Origin: Macrostomum lignano
Taxonomy: Eukaryota
NCBI GenBank assembly: GCA_002269645.1
Contig: NIVC01004977.1
Coordinates: 1 to 29,701, forward strand
Length of the DNA stretch: 29,701 nt
Reading direction: 5' to 3'
Part shown: piece by piece, positions 26,701 through 29,701 of the stretch
Numbering within the stretch: position 1 is the stretch's first letter
Layout of the letters: every line of letters begins with the position of its first letter
Made by a program: the position numbers and the translations under genes
Notes under the pieces: model-generated
Told to the model about the DNA's origin: nothing
What the model saw: only the letters and a program-made list of their open reading frames with translations
The model's database searches: none

Positions 26701-27533
26701 CCGAAACTGGAGGATCGAACCGCTCTCCCTCTATGGCAAACCTGTTGCCATGGAGAAACAAACCAGATGTCTGGGCGTCACCCTCGACCACAGCTAAGCT
26801 GGACCCCGCACGTCCAAACCAAAGCCCGCAAAGCCTCGCGACTCTCGCGCAGATCCGCAGAGCTTTCGGCGCTACCTGGGGCCTCACCCCCGCCGCCTCT
26901 GGTGGATTTACACTGCCATTGTTAGACCGGCCATCTCCTTCGCCGGCTTCATTTGGAACAGTGCCTAGTGAAAGGGGTTCTTTAGGTTCTAAATAGGGTG
27001 CAAGGCCGCGCTTGTCGAGCTATCATGAGCGCGGCTCCCTCTGCGCCCTTCGCTGGCATGAACTCCTTCTTGGACATTCCCCCTCGACCTACCTCTTTGT
27101 TGGGTGTCCAAATCCAGAAGCAGTTTGCCTTCAGAAAGCGGAATTTCCGGCCGCATGGCGACCTCAGCCTGCGAGACCTGGAAGAAGCGAGAGGCATTCC
27201 ACCACGTCATGAAGCAAGAGACAACTGGAAACCCCATGAAATCCACTGCTTCACTGACGGGTCCCAAATCAACTCCGCCTCTGGCTACGGCTACTGCATC
27301 GTGTCTGGAGGGAGAACTATGGCGACCTTCTCCCAACACACCGGCACCTGCTCCACCGTCTTCCAGAACGAAGTTCTCGCCATTAGCTCCTGCGCCATGG
27401 AGCTGTACAATCAGCGCGTCTGGGGAAGGAAATTACCCTCCAATCAGACAGCCAAGCGGCGATTCACGCCCTTGAGCGCAGCACCACCTGCTCGCGTACA
27501 GTCCTCGACTGTATCGGGCAGCTCAACCGCTTA
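23800..27533 (+). mobile_element. Decayed LOA/R1-group non-LTR retrotransposon: ORF1 remnant, then APE endonuclease, RT and RNase H; 3' end missing
   Basis: APE: ILQLNLHHC, LLQEPW, GDVNAHH. RT: PGSDNIYP, VFIPKPG, HAFRSGRS, FLDIDDAF, LSPILWNIVMDELL, GYADDV (26547). RNase H: CFTDGS..VFQNEVLAI. ORF1 has a DUF4780-like stretch (tentative). Many frameshifts and stops. The 5' boundary is approximate. Confidence 0.9.
24082..24185 (+). repeat. 35-bp triplication inside LOA ORF1
   Basis: ccgcccgcggagaagcgtaagcgagcgagcgggca x3. Confidence 0.9.
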
Positions 27534-27940
27534 GGCACAACATATCTTTTGATATTTGTGCCTTTCTTATTGTTCTATCGATATTCATAAAGCTTTTTGT
27601 TCAGAAAATTAGGATTCCATGTTAATTTTTTATTCTACGTATATTTGTGCACGTCTAGTGCCTAAAAACCATTAAAATGGCACAGCTTGGCTCTTTGATT
27701 TTATGAGTCTATTTCATCATTCTTAGCTGACTGTGTAACAAATATGCGTAGCAAAAATGATAAAATGGATTCATAAACCAAAGATTTGGAGCTGTACAAT
27801 GCATTATTATTTTTTTAGGTACAGGAAACGTACGTAAAATAAAAATTAAATTTGAATCCTAATTTTTGAACGAAAGTTTACAAATATCGATAGAGCAATA
27901 AGAAGGCACAACATATCAAAAGATGAGCTTGGATCTGCCT
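27534..27940. mobile_element. AT-rich foldback element / MITE (~400 bp imperfect palindrome)
   Basis: 27547-27630 is the reverse complement of ~27840-27925, and weaker symmetry continues to a centre near 27735. GGCA...TGCC ends. No clear TSD. Confidence 0.75.
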
Positions 27941-28269
27941 CCTATCAAGCAAAAGCAATTTTGTGCTGAAAAAATGAAAATTCTATCTCCGTAGTGTATT
28001 TTTCCGGGAAAACCGCCTTCTAAATTTTTCTAAGAAACAAGGTTTCCCGTCTTTTCGTCCTTGTTTTGATCGCGTGACATTAAAAATTTTGGTTGTGCAA
28101 ATTTTTATCTTACTGCTTCTAGTAGTCTGCTTGCACTGTATTTCGAAGATCTCTACACCGCCACTGTTAACGCGCCACCACCCCGCTGCCAGACAATCCC
28201 AACTTCCGCCAGAGACGCCGTTGTCGGAAGAGGAAAATTAATTTTAGCGTTGCACCAGCCGTGCACTGC

Positions 28270-28620
28270 CTGCTAGAGCACATCGAGGCTGAAATTTAGT
28301 GCGGAGGCAGTCGACGGAGATTCTGCGTTGCCAGTAGTTTATCTACCTCAGCGGTCTGGTTTCTGGCTTACGCGTGGATCTTAGCGTCGCCGTGGGCGTG
28401 TCTTGGCTGCCTTTCGTTCTGTGAGGGGAAGCCCTGCAGTCTGAGGCCCTGTCTGACTGCCCTGGCACTGTTTCAAGCAGTGATCGAGACCGTCCTGCTG
28501 TACAACGCTGAGACCTGGACGTTGACGGACTCACTCGACCAACAAGTAGACGCGGCACAGCTGGTCTGCTGCGCGAAATATTCAAGATCGGCTACGAGCG
28601 ATGGACCAACGTGGCACTTC
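28270..28620 (+). mobile_element. Second RTE-like retrotransposon fragment
   Basis: FIYL..RRRGRVLAAF..LFQAVIETVLLYNAETWTLTDSLDQQVDAA; same family as 17540-17940. Confidence 0.7.
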
Positions 28621-29475
28621 TATCTATACGCGAGTCTGTAGGCTGTCGTGCGTCGTACGCTCGAGCAGCCTAGTCCCGACGGACACCGCGTTGTACGCGT
28701 GTCAGTGGAGGACCGCAGCCAGGGTCAGTACGCAAACCCGGGTCTGGGAAAGGGGCACGAAAGGACCAAGCCCTTGAGCCCCATCACCAAAATTATTTAA
28801 AAATTAGGCGACTTCTTTTCAACAAAATGTTTCTAGTGAAAGTTTTTAGGAAATGAGGTTTCACTATTCATTTACTCCTTAAGTAATAAAGTCCTTGTGA
28901 ATAATATGGAATTGTGAGTCATCGCAATGGTGCTTTTTGACGTACTTTTACGAGCGTATTCTAAACAACGATACTAACAATAGACAACATTGCCTGTAAA
29001 AGATTTGATATCGCTTAAAATTAGCTTAAATTTCAGAGAGATAAATGATAAGAAGCGTTACCATTAAAATTAATCTTCAGAGCTTCAGCTACATTTCCAG
29101 GAAAATTACAGTGGGAAACGTACACAGAACAGTTGGAAAAATGAGTTAGTGAAGTACAGGTTGGATAAGAAAGGCTGGCGCCAACAAAAGCTCACTGCAC
29201 AGTGCGCATCGACTTTCTCAGTAAATGCAGAAAGAAAGCTGCGAGCACAGTACACAGACAATTTCTGCCCTGCCAGACGAAACACCAACAAGAATGGCCA
29301 CCGCCGTTGTTCACTCACAAGTACGAGCGTACGTCTATTTTTAGCTGCAGACGCATAAACAAATTTATCCACTACGTACGTACATTAAAGTTGAGTAAAA
29401 GTTAAAGCTCTGGATTCAATTGCACCAAAAGCAGCAGCGACAGTTTTTGTTCCAGCCGCATCAAATCAGTGATTC

Positions 29476-29701
29476 CATATAGAATCTAATTTCACATGGA
29501 CGCTTCACTTCAAAGGACTGCCTCCATTTAATCTGCCGAGTCTGAATGCCACTTTCTATGGCAACCAGAGAAGTCGAGCACAAAAACCAACATCGACCAG
29601 GTGATTGAACGATTGCTGGAGTACAGGCTGTCAGACTCTGAGATGTCAGTTGTCTACCTGACCACCCTTAGCTACCTATCAACTCTGCCACCGTTTCCGA
29701 A
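29476..29701 (+). CDS. N-terminus of a second IFIT-like paralog, cut by the window end and apparently disrupted upstream of the CHFxW motif
   Basis: From 29544: ECHFLWQPEKSSTKTNIDQVIERLLEYRLSDSEMSVVYLTTLSYLST, versus ECHFTWRPDEESTKVNIEDVIKTTERKIKREPHKKVAYLTTLAYLHT in the first gene. In-frame TAA at 29529; an adjacent frame (29476-29544) reads ...FNLPSL. Confidence 0.75.

Overview
This is eukaryotic, repeat-rich genomic DNA with spliced genes, long GATA/GACA microsatellites and intronic minisatellites. The style is reminiscent of a flatworm such as Macrostomum, which is an inference only. I can reconstruct: (1) a complete 3-exon secreted fibrinogen-related protein gene (minus, 3153-5429); (2) at least 8 exons of an uncharacterised minus-strand gene (7714-14773), whose introns hold minisatellites, a deleted piggyBac and a THAP-bearing P-like element; (3) an intronless ~1033-codon IFIT-like TPR gene (minus, 19132-22233) with one in-frame TAA, a possible HEPN-like C-terminal domain and 23 VQAGEATG repeats; (4) the N-terminus of a second, divergently oriented IFIT-like paralog at the right edge (plus, ~29476-29701), absent from the ORF track; (5) decayed non-LTR retroelements (I/Nimb-like, LOA-like, two RTE-like fragments) and a foldback MITE. 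The best candidate for a new system is the invertebrate IFIT-like cluster with a putative RNA-sensor/nuclease fusion. All family assignments come from motifs recognised by eye; no database searches were run.
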